DNA of 62,921 nt, filler included, from Dugesia japonica (lineage: Eukaryota), in NCBI GenBank assembly GCA_001938525.1. It is 6 parts of 6 records of this genome, joined end to end, with 100 filler letters (N's around TTAATTAATTAA, not from the genome) between each part and the next. Parts side by side here need not be neighbours in the genome. Positions count along the whole stretch, not along the records: positions 53,013 to 62,921 come from MQRL01559976.1; 5 more parts are not named here. One strand, given 5' to 3'. Positions 61,809-62,921 of the stretch are shown piece by piece. The position numbers and the translations under genes were made by a program. Below the pieces are notes generated by a model, which was not told the DNA's origin, did no database searches, and was given only the letters and a program-made list of their open reading frames with translations. Every line of letters begins with the position of its first letter. Position 1 is the stretch's first letter.

Positions 61809-62192
61809 TTACATAATTTTTTCTTTTTGATTAATAAAATCTTCTTTTTCATAAATCAAATCTTCGTATCGTTCAAGCATTTCTTCTAAAGGTTCATCAA
61901 CATTTCCCATTTCATCTTCATGTATAATAATTTCTTTTTGTTTAATAATTTCTTCTTGCTCAATCATTTCGTCATTTTGCTCATATATTCCTTCGTTTTG
62001 ATTAAAAATATCTTCTTTTTGTTTAATAATTTCTTCTTTTTTGTTGTGGTGAAACTCCCGATTATCAGAAATAAAATAAGTAGGGGCCCAAAACCAAGAA
62101 TATGAATCAATTAAAAGATAAGAAGTAAGAAATAATACAAAGAGGACCTCCAACAAATAGACAATTCGCAATTTAATATTAATTTTAATCAA
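61809..62192 (-). CDS. Putative membrane-anchored acidic heptad-repeat protein
   Basis: Hydrophobic N-terminus (IVYLLEVLFVLFLTSYLLI) followed by EEIIKQK/EDIFNQN-type 7-aa repeats; non-ATG start in the ORF track. Confidence 0.35.
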   Translation of the reverse strand: MIKINIKLRIVYLLEVLFVLFLTSYLLIDSYSWFWAPTYFISDNREFHHNKKEEIIKQKEDIFNQNEGIYEQNDEMIEQEEIIKQKEIIIHEDEMGNVDEPLEEMLERYEDLIYEKEDFINQKEKIM

Positions 62193-62559
62193 TAAATAAG
62201 ACGGAAATAATTACAAATAATTAATTGAGAATATTTGGAAAGAAAATTGAAAAAATAATGAAAATAATACGAAAATAATTGAAGGCAGTAAGAAGAATAA
62301 TAATTAATCACCTGTAATCAAGAAAATATTCCAAAATGGATTTAATAAATTAAATTTAATAGAAATAAAATTAAAAAAATAATAAAGAAAAATTAATTAA
62401 CAATTACAAATAAAAGAGGGTCATTAAGGCATAAAAGTATAAAGACGAATAACTTTTCTCCTGATAACACAAATTCAAGGGATGAGAAAAACTGAACAGC
62501 TCTAGTCAAAAGCAATTCAGTTTCGCCAGGAAATAATCAATAATTTTCAGGGGAGTTAG

Positions 62560-62790
62560 GAAATGGTCAACAAGATTGGGCCAATAGAGTATCACAAAAA
62601 AGAGTTGAAACAAAGATCAAGAAATCATGTGGTTACCCTAAATAACCACCAATAAACACAAATGAATTAAAATAAAATCTCTAAGATAGCAGAAAGGAAC
62701 CAATAAGAAGTCTCTAAAAAATTCTAAAAATATTGTTCCAATAGGAACCAAGATGGGGTGTAATAAAAACGCTATAAACCCCCCAAAATA
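62560..62790 (+). promoter_or_regulatory. Multi-CCAAT + TATA module, copy 4
   Basis: CCAAT at ~62581, 62649, 62700 and 62738; TATAAACCCCCC at ~62773. Confidence 0.65.
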
Positions 62791-62873
62791 GCTGACAGTA
62801 TTAGTATTAGGACCCTAATTAATAATTTCATTAATAATTTCATCATTAATAATGATTTTCATTATTATTATTA

Positions 62874-62921
<48 letters not shown>

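Overview
Very AT-rich eukaryotic (invertebrate) genomic DNA, not prokaryotic. AAT microsatellites and a 47-nt intron are compatible with a triclad flatworm, but the host is an inference. The window is six unrelated contigs joined by artificial N44-TTAATTAATTAA-N44 linkers. It is almost entirely decayed mobile DNA: at least six Ty3/gypsy LTR-retrotransposon remnants (one full-length with both LTRs and a TSD), a mariner nested in a gypsy integrase, a Tigger/pogo, two hAT transposase remnants, Merlin-like and R2/NeSL-like fragments, and a foldback-like inverted repeat. Contig 3 (27197-35862) is a terminal ~8.6 kb part of a Polinton/Maverick (adintovirus-like) endogenous virus. It carries protein-primed PolB, a 2-TM protein, a fibre-like protein, an adenain protease, a pX-like protein and a packaging ATPase, most with stops or frameshifts. 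Two more Polinton-type termini (AGTAGATAGATAGT) occur at 20-33 and 53913-53926. The only host gene seen is part of a divergent ionotropic glutamate receptor. The most novel signals are: (i) a ~170-nt motif present three times whose hairpins are kept by compensatory substitutions; (ii) a repeated multi-CCAAT/TATA promoter module, two copies of which bracket a cluster of orphan coiled-coil ORFs, possibly parts of a giant LTR-type element; (iii) a 232-bp fold-back at the Polinton terminus. All alignments and translations were done by eye; no database searches were run.
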